A DNA stretch of 64,000 nucleotides, from NCBI GenBank assembly GCA_045631645.1, contig JAZQVC010000038.1, positions 1,856-65,855 of the forward strand, written 5' to 3'. Numbering within the stretch: position 1 is the stretch's first letter; the number at the start of each line of letters is the position of its first letter. This document shows positions 37,160-47,261 of this stretch, in pieces. Below the pieces are notes generated by a model, which saw only the letters and a list, made by a program, of their open reading frames with translations, was not told the origin of the DNA and did not search any database. The DNA comes from Oscillospiraceae bacterium. GTDB lineage: Bacteria; Bacillota; Clostridia; Oscillospirales; Oscillospiraceae. A program made the position numbers and the translations under genes.

Positions 37160-38296
37160 ATGTCAATATATCTGGACAATGCGGCAACCACACGAGTATG
37201 CCCCGAAGCTGCCGCTGCCGCATTGAAAGCAATGACAGAAGAATACGCAAATCCAAGTTCTACCCACCGTATGGGCAGAAACGCCAAAAAGCTTCTTGAT
37301 GATGCAAGAGCAAAGGTTGCAAAAGCCCTGGGCTGCACCAGCGACGAGGTTTATTTTACCTCCTGCGGAAGTGAAGGCGATAACTGGGCAATCATTCAGG
37401 GTGCCCGCTATGCAGGCAGAAAGGGAAAACATATTATATCCTCCGCCGTTGAACATTCCGCCGTTAAAAAGAGTCTTGAAGTATTGGAAAAAGAAGGCTT
37501 CGAGGTAAGCGTTCTCTCCCCTGAAAAGGATGGAAGCATCTCAAAAGAGGCTGTACTTGCCGCTCTTCGCCCTGACACCTGCTTTATTACTCTTATGCTC
37601 GTTAACAACGAAGTAGGCGCAATTACGGATATTGCTGCTATCACCAAGGCAGTTAAGGCAAAAAATCCCAACATACTTGTTCACACTGACGCCGTTCAGG
37701 CTTTTTTGAAGATCCCCTTTAACACCGCCAAACTTGGAGTTGATCTTCTCAGCGTTAGCGGACACAAGGTTCATGCCCCCAAAGGTATAGGCGCCCTGTA
37801 TATCAAAAAGGGACTCAATCTTCCTGCATATATCACCGGCGCCGGACAGGAAAGCGGAAAACGAGCCGGCACAGAGGCTATGCCCCAAATACTTGCATTT
37901 GGAGAAGCTTGCGAAAGCGCCCGACTTAACTTCCCCGAATATCATCAGAGGCTCAAAGACCTTCGTGCTCACGCAGTTGAAAGGCTTGAAAGCGAGATTG
38001 ACGGCGTTGTTATCATTGGCGGCGGAGCTCCTCAGCTTCTTTCCGTGGCACTCCCCGGCTACCGCAGTGAAGTTATAATGAACTTCCTTGAAGCTCGCGA
38101 GATTTATGTTTCCAAAGGCTCTGCTTGCAAGAAGGGTCGCCGCAGTCAGGTTCTTGAGGCAATGAAGCTTCCTCCCGAGGTTATGGACGGCGCAATCCGC
38201 GTCAGCTTCTGCCGCTACACCACCCTTGAAGAAATCGATGCCCTTTGTGACGCTTTGAGAGACGCCCATCAGACTCTCCGATCTTCTGTGAAATAA
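37160..38296 (+). CDS. nifS: Cysteine desulfurase (NifS/IscS class V aminotransferase)
   Basis: IYLDNAATT, SGHKVHAPKG (PLP Lys) and SKGSACKKG (active-site Cys loop). Confidence 0.85.
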   Translation: MSIYLDNAATTRVCPEAAAAALKAMTEEYANPSSTHRMGRNAKKLLDDARAKVAKALGCTSDEVYFTSCGSEGDNWAIIQGARYAGRKGKHIISSAVEHSAVKKSLEVLEKEGFEVSVLSPEKDGSISKEAVLAALRPDTCFITLMLVNNEVGAITDIAAITKAVKAKNPNILVHTDAVQAFLKIPFNTAKLGVDLLSVSGHKVHAPKGIGALYIKKGLNLPAYITGAGQESGKRAGTEAMPQILAFGEACESARLNFPEYHQRLKDLRAHAVERLESEIDGVVIIGGGAPQLLSVALPGYRSEVIMNFLEAREIYVSKGSACKKGRRSQVLEAMKLPPEVMDGAIRVSFCRYTTLEEIDALCDALRDAHQTLRSSVK

Positions 38297-38302
38297 TTAT
38301 AG

Positions 38303-38337
38303 AAAAATCCCCCGAGTTCTCTACTCGGGGGATTTTT
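38303..38337. terminator. Bidirectional intrinsic terminator
   Basis: atcccccgag...ctcgggggat flanked by A5 and T5. Confidence 0.85.
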
Positions 38338-38339
38338 AA

Positions 38340-39758
38340 TCATTCTTCAGTGTTTTCGGAAATCTTGGGCTCTTCTGTGGTTTTTTCTTCGCCCGCGGAC
38401 TTATGCCTATTTTTGACATCCATAAAGCGTTTCCAGAGATTGCCCTTGTAATTATTCTTATGAGCTCTGAATTCTTTTTTGTCAGCTCTGTCTCTTTCGG
38501 GGTCGCGCTGGAGAGGTTCCCCAGTCTTGGGGTCAATATAACTTATATTCTTATAAACATCTCCATCCGTGGGAAGACCGCTTCTTCTCAGCTTGCGGTT
38601 AACAAGGTTGGTAATGAGGGTGTAAATGAGAACAAACACGGGAACGCCAAGGAGCATACCGCCGAATCCAAAAAGACCGGAGCCAACGATAATGGAGAAC
38701 ATTATCCAGAATCCGTTTATACCGACAATGTTTCCGAGAATCTTGGGGCCAAGGAAATTGCCGTCAAACTGCTGCAGAACAATAATGAAAATTGTAAAAA
38801 TAAGAGCCTTAACGGGAGATACCATGAAAATTATCATTATGGAAGGTATTGCTCCGATGAAAGGTCCAAAGAAAGGAATAATATTTGTTATACCAACAAT
38901 AACGGCAATCAGCATGGAATAAGGCATTCCCAGTATTGCGCAGCCGATATAGCAGATAACACCTATGATAGCGCTGTCAAGAATTCTTCCGGAGATAAAG
39001 CCATTGAATACTCTGTCTGCAAAACCTACGCCCATTATTACCTTCTCTGCAGCCTCAACGGAGAAAATGCAATAGACAAGCTTTTTCATATAGGCGCCGA
39101 AAGCATTGCGGTTATAAAGAACATAGACCGACGCAACCATGCCGATAATGATATTATAAACGCCTTTCAGAACGGTGAGAACACCGCTGGTGATGTTGCT
39201 CACGAATCCGGCAAGTTCGGGGATTATGGCCTCAATCCATCCGAAAATGGATTCAGAAATATTACCAATGGAAATTCCGAGGGTTGATGCCAGCTCAGGA
39301 TAATCTGCAAAGAACTTTTCTATCCATGCATAAACAGAGTTAATATAGTCTCCGCTGTTTTGAACAATGTTCTGAAGGCTGATAATCAACTGAGGAGCGA
39401 CAAGCCAGATAAATGCAGATATGAGTATAATCAGGGTAAGCATAGAGAAAAGAACCGCAAGTCCTCTATGAGTATTTTTATGCTTGCCTTCCCTGCCATT
39501 TCTGAATTTTTTATTTATAAAAGCAATCAGCGGCAAAAATACATGGCGTTCATATATATTTGTCAATGGACAAAGAAGATAGGAAATAACAAGACCCCAG
39601 ATAAAGGGACTAAGTATAGTAAATAACCTTCCTATTTTTGCCCCTATTACGGAGAACTGAGAGAGAATGAGATAAAAAGCCACTGAGCAAACAATAACCA
39701 AAAAGGCAGTTATACCCCAGTAGAGATATTTTTTGTCCCATCTGAATCTTTTCATCAA
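38340..39758 (-). CDS. AI-2E family transporter (PerM/UPF0118) with a charged C-terminal tail
   Basis: About 8 TM with a conserved QQFDGNFLGPKILG segment. 472 aa. Confidence 0.85.
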   Translation of the reverse strand: MMKRFRWDKKYLYWGITAFLVIVCSVAFYLILSQFSVIGAKIGRLFTILSPFIWGLVISYLLCPLTNIYERHVFLPLIAFINKKFRNGREGKHKNTHRGLAVLFSMLTLIILISAFIWLVAPQLIISLQNIVQNSGDYINSVYAWIEKFFADYPELASTLGISIGNISESIFGWIEAIIPELAGFVSNITSGVLTVLKGVYNIIIGMVASVYVLYNRNAFGAYMKKLVYCIFSVEAAEKVIMGVGFADRVFNGFISGRILDSAIIGVICYIGCAILGMPYSMLIAVIVGITNIIPFFGPFIGAIPSIMIIFMVSPVKALIFTIFIIVLQQFDGNFLGPKILGNIVGINGFWIMFSIIVGSGLFGFGGMLLGVPVFVLIYTLITNLVNRKLRRSGLPTDGDVYKNISYIDPKTGEPLQRDPERDRADKKEFRAHKNNYKGNLWKRFMDVKNRHKSAGEEKTTEEPKISENTEE

Positions 39759-40231
39759 TCAATACCATCCATTATATAGAATTCCATTTATAAGTTTACT
39801 ATTTTGCAATCAAAGCGTCAACTGTTTATAAAATTATATTGCTATATTTTTCAAATTCTTAACATTTTCAATGTGGAAAAGTATTTCAGCGCCCGAAAAT
39901 CTCGCTGTCGTTATTTGTCGAAAATAATAATTTATACCAATTTCATTTGTTATGTTAACCTTTTATGAATATTTGAAATACAAAATGTGGATTTTTACTT
40001 GTTGACAAACCTGTTGGAAATGTTAAAAACCTTGATTTTCAATGCTTTTCTAAGGATACAAGTTAAAACTTAGAAATACATGGTTAATGAATATTAAGAA
40101 TTAAAATAATTATTAAATCTATTATGTAAAACTATCGTAAACGATTTCTAAAAGAAGTGAATAGCTCGCCCCTCAGAGGCATATTCATCAGATAAGCAAT
40201 TATAATTTTCACACTCAGTTGGAGGGGCGAC

Positions 40232-41401
40232 ATGAAAAAAATCACCTCATTGATTATGACACTAATGATTATATTGTCCTCATTTACTATGGCATATGCC
40301 AACGATGATAATTACGTAGACATTGTAGGAGATAAGGTGCCCTCAGCAGTACTTATTGAGGCTGAAACCGGAGAGATTATCTTCCAGAAGGATGCTTACA
40401 GCCGAAGGGCTCCTGCTTCCGTTACAAAAATCATGACTATGCTGCTTGCTGCCGAAGCAGTAGAAAAAGGTCTGGTAAGCCTTGATGAAATCGTGACGAC
40501 ATCTGCACGGGCGGCGAGCATGGGAGGAAGCCAGATATGGCTCGAAGAGGGAGAAACAATGTCCTTCGGAGAAATGCTCAAATGCATCGCTGTTGTTTCC
40601 GCCAACGATTGCTGCGTTGCAATAGCTGAGCATTTAGCCGGAAGCGAAGAAGCTTTCGTTGCCAAGATGAATGATAAGGCTGCATCTTTGGGATTGGAAA
40701 ACAGCAATTTCGTATGCTGCAGTGGATTGAGCGACAGCAACGAGCATTATAGCTGCGCTTATGACCTGGCAATAATAAGCCGAGAGCTCCTGAAATATGA
40801 TTTTATCAGAAAATACACAACGACATGGACGGACAGTATTCGCGGCGGAGAGTTTACGTTGAATAATACAAATAAACTCGTCTATCATTTTCCTGATACA
40901 ACAGGGCTTAAAACAGGTTTTACAAGCAAAGCGGGTCACTGTCTTGCCGCAAGCGCCAAACGCAGCGGCACCGAATTCATTGCTGTTGTTCTAGGATGCG
41001 AAAGCTCCTCTGCCCGTTTCGAAGCAGCCAAGTCTCTTCTCAATTATGCTTTTTCAAATTACACGCTCATTTCGCTTGATGAACTATGTTCATTGCCTCC
41101 CATCAAGGTTGAGATGGGCAAATCAGATTGCATTAACGGTGTTATCTCCGAAAATCATATTTTGATAAAAAAAGATTTGGATTCCTCTATCAACTGCCTG
41201 CCGCAGCTCCCCGAAAAAATCAGTGCACCAATTGCGGAGGGGCAAAAACTTGGAACAGTAAAAATTATGGCAGGTGACGTGGAGATAAAAGAAATTGAAG
41301 TTGTGGCAACCGAAGCAATAGCATCTATGGCCTATTTTGACCTACTCCGTGCCTTCCTGGCATCACTGCAAAATTTTCTTGTAATAAATGCCGAGTTATA
41401 G
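40232..41401 (+). CDS. Serine-type D-Ala-D-Ala carboxypeptidase (PBP5/DacB/DacF-like)
   Basis: Signal peptide, SxxK (ASVTKIM), SxN (SANDC) and KTG (LKTGFT) motifs. Confidence 0.9.
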   Translation: MKKITSLIMTLMIILSSFTMAYANDDNYVDIVGDKVPSAVLIEAETGEIIFQKDAYSRRAPASVTKIMTMLLAAEAVEKGLVSLDEIVTTSARAASMGGSQIWLEEGETMSFGEMLKCIAVVSANDCCVAIAEHLAGSEEAFVAKMNDKAASLGLENSNFVCCSGLSDSNEHYSCAYDLAIISRELLKYDFIRKYTTTWTDSIRGGEFTLNNTNKLVYHFPDTTGLKTGFTSKAGHCLAASAKRSGTEFIAVVLGCESSSARFEAAKSLLNYAFSNYTLISLDELCSLPPIKVEMGKSDCINGVISENHILIKKDLDSSINCLPQLPEKISAPIAEGQKLGTVKIMAGDVEIKEIEVVATEAIASMAYFDLLRAFLASLQNFLVINAEL

Positions 41402-41469
41402 TAAAATTTCTATAACTAAACAGAGCAACACGATACGATAAAACTAATTTCAGATTGGAGAACTTAACT

Positions 41470-42753
41470 ATGGTAAAAGTTGATCTCAGCGGTGCAAAAG
41501 ATTTTTTTGACGCTACCGGTCCTGACTATGCAGCTGCTGCAGAAGCACACCGCACTCTTTTCAATGGCACCGGCGCAGGAAATGACTTTATCGGCTGGCT
41601 CAATCTCCCCCAGCGTATAATCGACACCGAGCTTAAAGCAATCCTTGCTGCTGCAGACAAAATAAAGAAGCAGTCCGACGTTCTTCTTGTTGTTGGCATC
41701 GGCGGCAGCTATCTTGGCGCCCGCGCTGCTATTGAGCTTCTGCAGACCCCCAGTCATAACCGCATCAGCGGCGAGACCGAAGTTTATTTTATGGGCAACA
41801 CCGTCTCCCCCGATGCAATAAACGAGCTCATCGCTGTTCTCGGCGACAGAGATTTCTCCGTTAACGTTATCAGCAAGTCCGGCGGCACCCTTGAGCCCGC
41901 TCTTGGTTTCCGTGTTGCCAAGGCTCTTCTTGAGCGCAAGTATGGACGCACCGCTGCCAAAAAGCGTATTTACGCAACCACCGACGGTGCCAAGGGCACG
42001 CTCTACAACATTGCAAAAAACGAAGGCTATGACATGTTTGTGGTTCCCGACGATGTTGGTGGACGCTACAGCGTTCTTTCCGCCGTTGGCCTTCTTCCTA
42101 TGGCAGTTGCAGGAATTGACATCGTAACTGTCCTCAACTGTGCGGTTGAGGAAATGCGCGCCCTTTCCCTTTCTTCTCCCGATAACCCCGCCTGGCAGTA
42201 TGCTGCAGCAAGACAGCATCTTTACAGCAAGGGCAAGAACATTGAGATCCTTGCCGGCTATGAGCCTTCCTTCCGCTTTTTCGCAGAGTGGTGGAAGCAG
42301 CTTTACGGCGAAAGCGAAGGCAAAAATTCCATCGGCATTTATCCCGCATCCGTTGAGTATACCGCCGACCTCCACTCTATGGGACAGTATGTTCAGGATG
42401 GTCCCCGCACTCTCATGGAGACCGTTGTAACTTTCGACGCTCCCCGCGCCGACTATAAAGTTCCCTTTGAGATGGGCGACCCCGACGGACTTAACTATCT
42501 GGCAGGTCGCAACTTCTCCGACATTATGGCCACCGTTGTTGATGCTGTTAAAGCAGCTCATATCTCCGGCGGTGTACCCAACATCGGAATTTCTGTTCCC
42601 TCCAGAGATGAAGCCGGTTTTGCATCTCTCGTTTGCTTCTTTGAAGTTGCCTGCGGCATTTCCGCTTATATGACGGGTGTTAACCCCTTCAACCAGCCCG
42701 GTGTTGAAGAATATAAAAAGAATATGTTCCGTATGCTCAAAGAACTTAAATGA
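41470..42753 (+). CDS. pgi: Glucose-6-phosphate isomerase
   Basis: VVGIGGSYLGARA, GGRYSVLSAVGL and QLYGESEGK motifs. ATG after GGAGA. Confidence 0.95.
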   Translation: MVKVDLSGAKDFFDATGPDYAAAAEAHRTLFNGTGAGNDFIGWLNLPQRIIDTELKAILAAADKIKKQSDVLLVVGIGGSYLGARAAIELLQTPSHNRISGETEVYFMGNTVSPDAINELIAVLGDRDFSVNVISKSGGTLEPALGFRVAKALLERKYGRTAAKKRIYATTDGAKGTLYNIAKNEGYDMFVVPDDVGGRYSVLSAVGLLPMAVAGIDIVTVLNCAVEEMRALSLSSPDNPAWQYAAARQHLYSKGKNIEILAGYEPSFRFFAEWWKQLYGESEGKNSIGIYPASVEYTADLHSMGQYVQDGPRTLMETVVTFDAPRADYKVPFEMGDPDGLNYLAGRNFSDIMATVVDAVKAAHISGGVPNIGISVPSRDEAGFASLVCFFEVACGISAYMTGVNPFNQPGVEEYKKNMFRMLKELK

Positions 42754-42866
42754 ATTTTGTAATTTTAAGCATTGAAGTTATTGTAATTTAGTGTTATTAT
42801 ATATACACAGCTAAGGCTGTTTTACAAAAAAAGCATTTTTTACTACACAAAAGGAGCGTGGTTAAT

Positions 42867-43277
42867 ATGGTTAAGCTTATTATGGGTCTCAAGGGCTCCG
42901 GCAAGACCAAAACTCTCGTCGATCTGGTTGTTAAGGCAGTTTCCGAGGAAAACGGCAATGTTGTCTGCATCGAGAAGGACAAGAAACTTACTTATGATAT
43001 TCCCTATTCCGCACGTCTTATCAACGCTAGTGAATATGGTATTAATTCCAATGCACTTCTTCGTGGTTTTATCTGCGGCCTCCATGCAGGCAACTATGAT
43101 ATAACTCACGTTTTCATTGATAATTTCTACAAGATTCTTGATGACGCATCCTATGATGCAGTTGCTGACCTCCTTGATTGGATGTATGATTTCGGCAAGG
43201 AGAACAACATCAAATTCACCATCACCATCACCGACGACGCTGAAAACGTCCCCGAGCGCATCAAGAGATATTTCTAA
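42867..43277 (+). CDS. Small stand-alone P-loop NTPase-like protein, function unknown
   Basis: 136 aa. Walker A GLKGSGKT at residues 8-15 and Walker B-like HVFIDNF. Own promoter-like TTGAAG-17-TATTAT and own terminator. Confidence 0.5.
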   Translation: MVKLIMGLKGSGKTKTLVDLVVKAVSEENGNVVCIEKDKKLTYDIPYSARLINASEYGINSNALLRGFICGLHAGNYDITHVFIDNFYKILDDASYDAVADLLDWMYDFGKENNIKFTITITDDAENVPERIKRYF

Positions 43278-43289
43278 ATACATAAAGCT

Positions 43290-43320
43290 AAACGCCTTGC
43301 TTTTGCAAGGCGTATTTTTA
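43290..43320 (+). terminator. Intrinsic terminator
   Basis: acgccttgc-tttt-gcaaggcgt + attttta. Confidence 0.75.
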
Positions 43321-43387
43321 TTGCATAATCCGCTCCGATATGGCACTATAAGCATGTATACGATTTTTGACAAGGAGGGCAGAAAAA

Positions 43388-45178
43388 GTGAAAAATAAAA
43401 ATGTAATAAAATCTATCAAGGGTACTAAAAGATATTTTGTTCCCGCGCTTTTCTGCACCCTTTTTTATACACTTTTCAAATTCCTCATTCCCCAGATAGT
43501 AGGTGTAACTGTAGATAATGTTATTGGCACACTTCCCACTGATGGACGCATTGCACAGTTTCTTATAGATTTGGGCGGAGGAAGAGAAAATCTTCGTGAT
43601 AATCTTATTTTCTGCGCCCTTGCAATAGGTATCTCTGCCCTTGCCGAAGGTATATTTAACTATTTTTCCCGTATAAACATCACCCGCGGCACGGAAAAAT
43701 TCACCATGGAGCTTCGCAACACTCTTCTTCGCCATATCGAATCTCTCCCCTTCTCATGGCACACCAAAAACTCAACAGGTGATATTATACAGCGCAGCAC
43801 CGCCGATGTTATGACCTTGAGAAACTTCATTTCATCTCAGCTTATTGAAGTTATAAAGACACTTATTCTTCTCAGCGTTGCTCTCGGAATCATGTTCTCA
43901 ATGAACGTAAAGCTTGCCTTTGTATTCTTTGCAACCGTTCCCGTTATTGTTATTTATTCCCTGCTGTTCCACAGCCGCATATCTCGTCAGTTCCGCCATG
44001 CCGACGAAGCTGAGGGCGAACTTCTTACTCAGGTTCAGGAAAACCTCAGCGGAATACGCGTTGTGAGAGCCTTTGGTCGCGAGCGCCATGAGCTTGATAA
44101 ATTTAACTCCACAAGCAACAAATATGTTAAAAACTGGGTCGATCTGGGATATACCCTTGGCTTTTTCTGGGGAATCGGAGATCTTGCCACATGCATACAG
44201 CTGATGAGCGTAATTTGCGTCGGCGCATTTTTTGCCGCAAAGGGTGAGCTTAGCCTCGGAACTCTTCTTATATTCATAAGCTATACTCAGTCTCTTGCAG
44301 GCCCCGTTCGCAGTCTCGGCAAGTCTCTTTCCGAGCTAAGCAAAGCAGGTGTTTCCGCCGAACGCATCGAAGAAATTCTCTCCTCGCCTTCCGAAAGCGA
44401 CAGCCCCGATGCTCTTTCCGAAGGTTTCGGTGGAGATATTGTATTTGAAAATGTAAGTTTTTCTTACGGAAACAATGAGGTACTGAGCAATATAAGCTTT
44501 TCAGTTCCCGAAGGCAGCACGCTTGGCATTTTAGGCACAACAGGCAGCGGCAAAAGCAGCCTCACTTATCTTCTCAATCGGCTGTATGATCCCTCTGAAG
44601 GCAGGATTACCATAGGCGGCAGAGATATCAAAAGCTTTAAGAAAAGCTATCTCCGCAAGAATATTGGTCTCGTGCTGCAGGATAATTTCCTCTTTTCAAA
44701 AACAATTGCCGAAAACATTTCCATTGCCTCGGATAATGCTGATATTGACGAAATACGCGAATGCGCCGCCACTGCTGCAGTGGACAGTGATATAAGTGCC
44801 TTCCCCGATGGTTACGACACTATGGTTGGCGAGCGCGGCGTTACCCTTTCTGGAGGTCAGCGCCAGAGAATTGCCATCGCACGCACTTTGATGCAGCGCT
44901 GCAGCGTTATGATTTTTGACGATTCTCTTTCCGCCGTTGACATGGAAACCGATGCGCAGATTAGAGAAAGCCTTCGTCGCAATACTTCAAACTCAACGGT
45001 ATTTCTTATCTCTCACCGCATCAACACCCTTATGGGTGCTGACAAGATTATCGTTATTGACGAAGGCAAAATCGTTGAAGAAGGCACACATGAAGCTCTT
45101 CTTGCCAAGGACGGTATCTATAGCCGCGTATGCGCTATTCAGTCCATGGCTGCAAAGGAGGTGGGCGAAGATGAATGA
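43388..45178 (+). CDS. ABC exporter, fused permease/ATPase half-transporter (subunit 1 of a probable heterodimer)
   Basis: 6-TM domain followed by GTTGSGKSS Walker A, LSGGQRQR signature and IFDDSLSAVD Walker B. GTG start after AGGAGG. Confidence 0.9.
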   Translation: MKNKNVIKSIKGTKRYFVPALFCTLFYTLFKFLIPQIVGVTVDNVIGTLPTDGRIAQFLIDLGGGRENLRDNLIFCALAIGISALAEGIFNYFSRINITRGTEKFTMELRNTLLRHIESLPFSWHTKNSTGDIIQRSTADVMTLRNFISSQLIEVIKTLILLSVALGIMFSMNVKLAFVFFATVPVIVIYSLLFHSRISRQFRHADEAEGELLTQVQENLSGIRVVRAFGRERHELDKFNSTSNKYVKNWVDLGYTLGFFWGIGDLATCIQLMSVICVGAFFAAKGELSLGTLLIFISYTQSLAGPVRSLGKSLSELSKAGVSAERIEEILSSPSESDSPDALSEGFGGDIVFENVSFSYGNNEVLSNISFSVPEGSTLGILGTTGSGKSSLTYLLNRLYDPSEGRITIGGRDIKSFKKSYLRKNIGLVLQDNFLFSKTIAENISIASDNADIDEIRECAATAAVDSDISAFPDGYDTMVGERGVTLSGGQRQRIAIARTLMQRCSVMIFDDSLSAVDMETDAQIRESLRRNTSNSTVFLISHRINTLMGADKIIVIDEGKIVEEGTHEALLAKDGIYSRVCAIQSMAAKEVGEDE

Positions 45179-46988
45179 ACGCAAAAAAATTGATTTCAAG
45201 ATATGGAAGCGTATAATTCCCTTCTTTGCTCCCCATAAAAACAAATTTATTATCATCGCGCTGATGATGCTTTTCTCCGCCGCAGTTGACGCTGTTGTAC
45301 CTCTTTTTACACGCTATGCAGTAAATAACTATATTGTTGAGCAAACCACAAAAGGAATGGGGAATTTTGTTCTTCTTTATCTTATCCTCATACTCCTTCA
45401 GACTGCAACAACGGTTATATATTCAAGACTCAGCATGGAAATTGAGATGTACTCCAGCAGCGATTTGAAGCGCAGCTGCTTCATCCATATTCAAAAGCTC
45501 CCTCTCAGCTATTTCAGCAAAAATAGCGTCGGTTATATTCTAGCCAGAGTTATGAGCGACACAAGCCACATCTCCGGAATGATAGCCTGGGCTTTGTTCG
45601 GTCTTGTTTGGCAAAGCTTTTATCTCATATCCCTTATTGTTGCAATGTTCTTTGTGAATGTTCGTTTTGCTCTTATAGTCTCTGCCGTTATTCCTCTCGC
45701 AATATTGGCTTCCCTTTGGTTTAGACCCAAACTCATGGCTGCAAACCGGGATGTTCGCCACCAAAACTCCGCTATTACAGGATTTATAAACGAGCATATA
45801 AACGGAGCAAAAACAACGAAAACCCTTGTCGCGGAGGAAAAAAGCGCTCAGGAATTCAAAATCCTCACAGGCAAGATGTTCTCTGCCAACATGAGGGTTT
45901 CCCACCTTAACTCTGTTTTTATTCCTCTCATCAGCTTCCTTGGCTCCGTTGCCGTTGCCGCAGCTCTTTTTACAACAGGATCCTCCGTTATAGACGGCGT
46001 GCTGGATTTTGGTATTCTCTCCGCATTTATTTCCTTCGCTATATGCATCATTGACCCCATCGTTTCCATTTCGGGTATATTCAACGAGTTTATTGCCGCC
46101 CAGGTGAATGTTGAAAGAGTATCCGATCTTCTTGATGAAAAAACAGAAGACGATGAAAGCGAGTCAGTTTTTCAGATTTATGGAGACTCCCTCTCCCCCA
46201 AGACGGAAAACTATCCCTCCATTCAGGGTGCTATACGTTTTGAAAACGTTTGGTTCCGCTATCCCGACGCGAAGGAAAATGATTATGTTTTGAAGGATAT
46301 TTCCTTTGAGGTTCCTGCCGGCTCAACAGTTGCTCTTGTAGGTGAAACAGGCGCCGGAAAAAGCACCCTTGTAAATCTTGTCTGCCGCTTTTTTGAACCC
46401 ACTTCAGGCTCAATATTTATTGACGGCGTTGACTACCGCGAAAGGTCAAGACACTGGCTCCACTCAAATCTCGGCTATGTTCAGCAATCCCCACAGCTAT
46501 TTTCAGGCAGCGTTGCATATAACATTCTTTACGGCAATATGAACGCTTCCGAGGAAGAAATGGAAATTGCGGCAAAGCTTGTTTCTGTTGACAAAATCGC
46601 TTCTCGTCTTGAAAACGGTTATGACACCGATGTAGGTGAAAACGGAGATAAACTGAGCACAGGCGAAAAACAGCTTGTTTCCTTTGCCCGTGCAATGCTT
46701 GCAAATCCGCCAATATTCATACTGGACGAAGCAACCAGTTCCATTGATACGGAAACCGAAGCTCTTATTCAGGACGCAATATCCCGCGTTCTGCCGGGCA
46801 GAACCTCATTTATCATCGCTCACCGCCTCTCAACAATCCGAAACGCTGATATAATTATGGTCGTTGAAAACCACTGTATAAGCGAAAAAGGAACTCATGA
46901 GGAGCTTATGGCGAAAAAAGGACGCTACTATAATCTCTATAGTGCAATGCAAATGAAAGACGAATCCGGTCTTGACGAAAAATTCTAA
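45171..46988 (+). CDS. ABC exporter, fused permease/ATPase half-transporter (subunit 2)
   Basis: Start at MNERKK, with an 8-nt overlap with the upstream gene. GETGAGKST, LSTGEKQL, ILDEATSSID. Confidence 0.9.
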   Translation: MNERKKIDFKIWKRIIPFFAPHKNKFIIIALMMLFSAAVDAVVPLFTRYAVNNYIVEQTTKGMGNFVLLYLILILLQTATTVIYSRLSMEIEMYSSSDLKRSCFIHIQKLPLSYFSKNSVGYILARVMSDTSHISGMIAWALFGLVWQSFYLISLIVAMFFVNVRFALIVSAVIPLAILASLWFRPKLMAANRDVRHQNSAITGFINEHINGAKTTKTLVAEEKSAQEFKILTGKMFSANMRVSHLNSVFIPLISFLGSVAVAAALFTTGSSVIDGVLDFGILSAFISFAICIIDPIVSISGIFNEFIAAQVNVERVSDLLDEKTEDDESESVFQIYGDSLSPKTENYPSIQGAIRFENVWFRYPDAKENDYVLKDISFEVPAGSTVALVGETGAGKSTLVNLVCRFFEPTSGSIFIDGVDYRERSRHWLHSNLGYVQQSPQLFSGSVAYNILYGNMNASEEEMEIAAKLVSVDKIASRLENGYDTDVGENGDKLSTGEKQLVSFARAMLANPPIFILDEATSSIDTETEALIQDAISRVLPGRTSFIIAHRLSTIRNADIIMVVENHCISEKGTHEELMAKKGRYYNLYSAMQMKDESGLDEKF

Positions 46989-47035
46989 GCAAGAAGCAGC
47001 AATCATCATTTTGATGATTGCGGCTTTTATGTTTA

Positions 47036-47109
47036 TGGAACGGATAACGGGAATCGAACCCGCCTCTACGGCTTGGGAAGCCGTCATTCTACCGATGAAC
47101 TATATCCGC
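47036..47109 (-). tRNA. tRNA-Gly (anticodon CCC), CCA encoded
   Basis: Minus strand GCGGATATAGTTCATCGGTAGAATGACGGCTTCCCAAGCCGTAGAGGCGGGTTCGATTCCCGTTATCCGTTCCA. It folds as a cloverleaf with anticodon loop TTCCCAA and T-loop TTCGATT. Confidence 0.9.
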
Positions 47110-47261
47110 ATGCCCATCTGAATTATAACACCACTAAAAAATCCTTATCAAGGGAAAAAGGGAGAATAATCTGCGTATTAAAGTTATGTTTTATCTTATT
47201 GTTTTTAGAGCAGAGATTGGTGTATAATGTTACTAAATTAAGTAAATAAGGAGATTTACAT

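Noticed and set aside
37092-37256. 55-aa N-terminal extension of the mtaB ORF.
   Set aside because: The conserved MtaB N-terminus (MKYIITTLGCKVNQFE) begins at 37091, and the extension would overlap the divergent nifS start region.
44916-45170. Upstream extension of the second ABC exporter ORF (tracked from 44916).
   Set aside because: It overlaps the NBD of the first exporter out of frame. The MNERKK start at 45171 gives the usual short overlap and a normal N-terminus.
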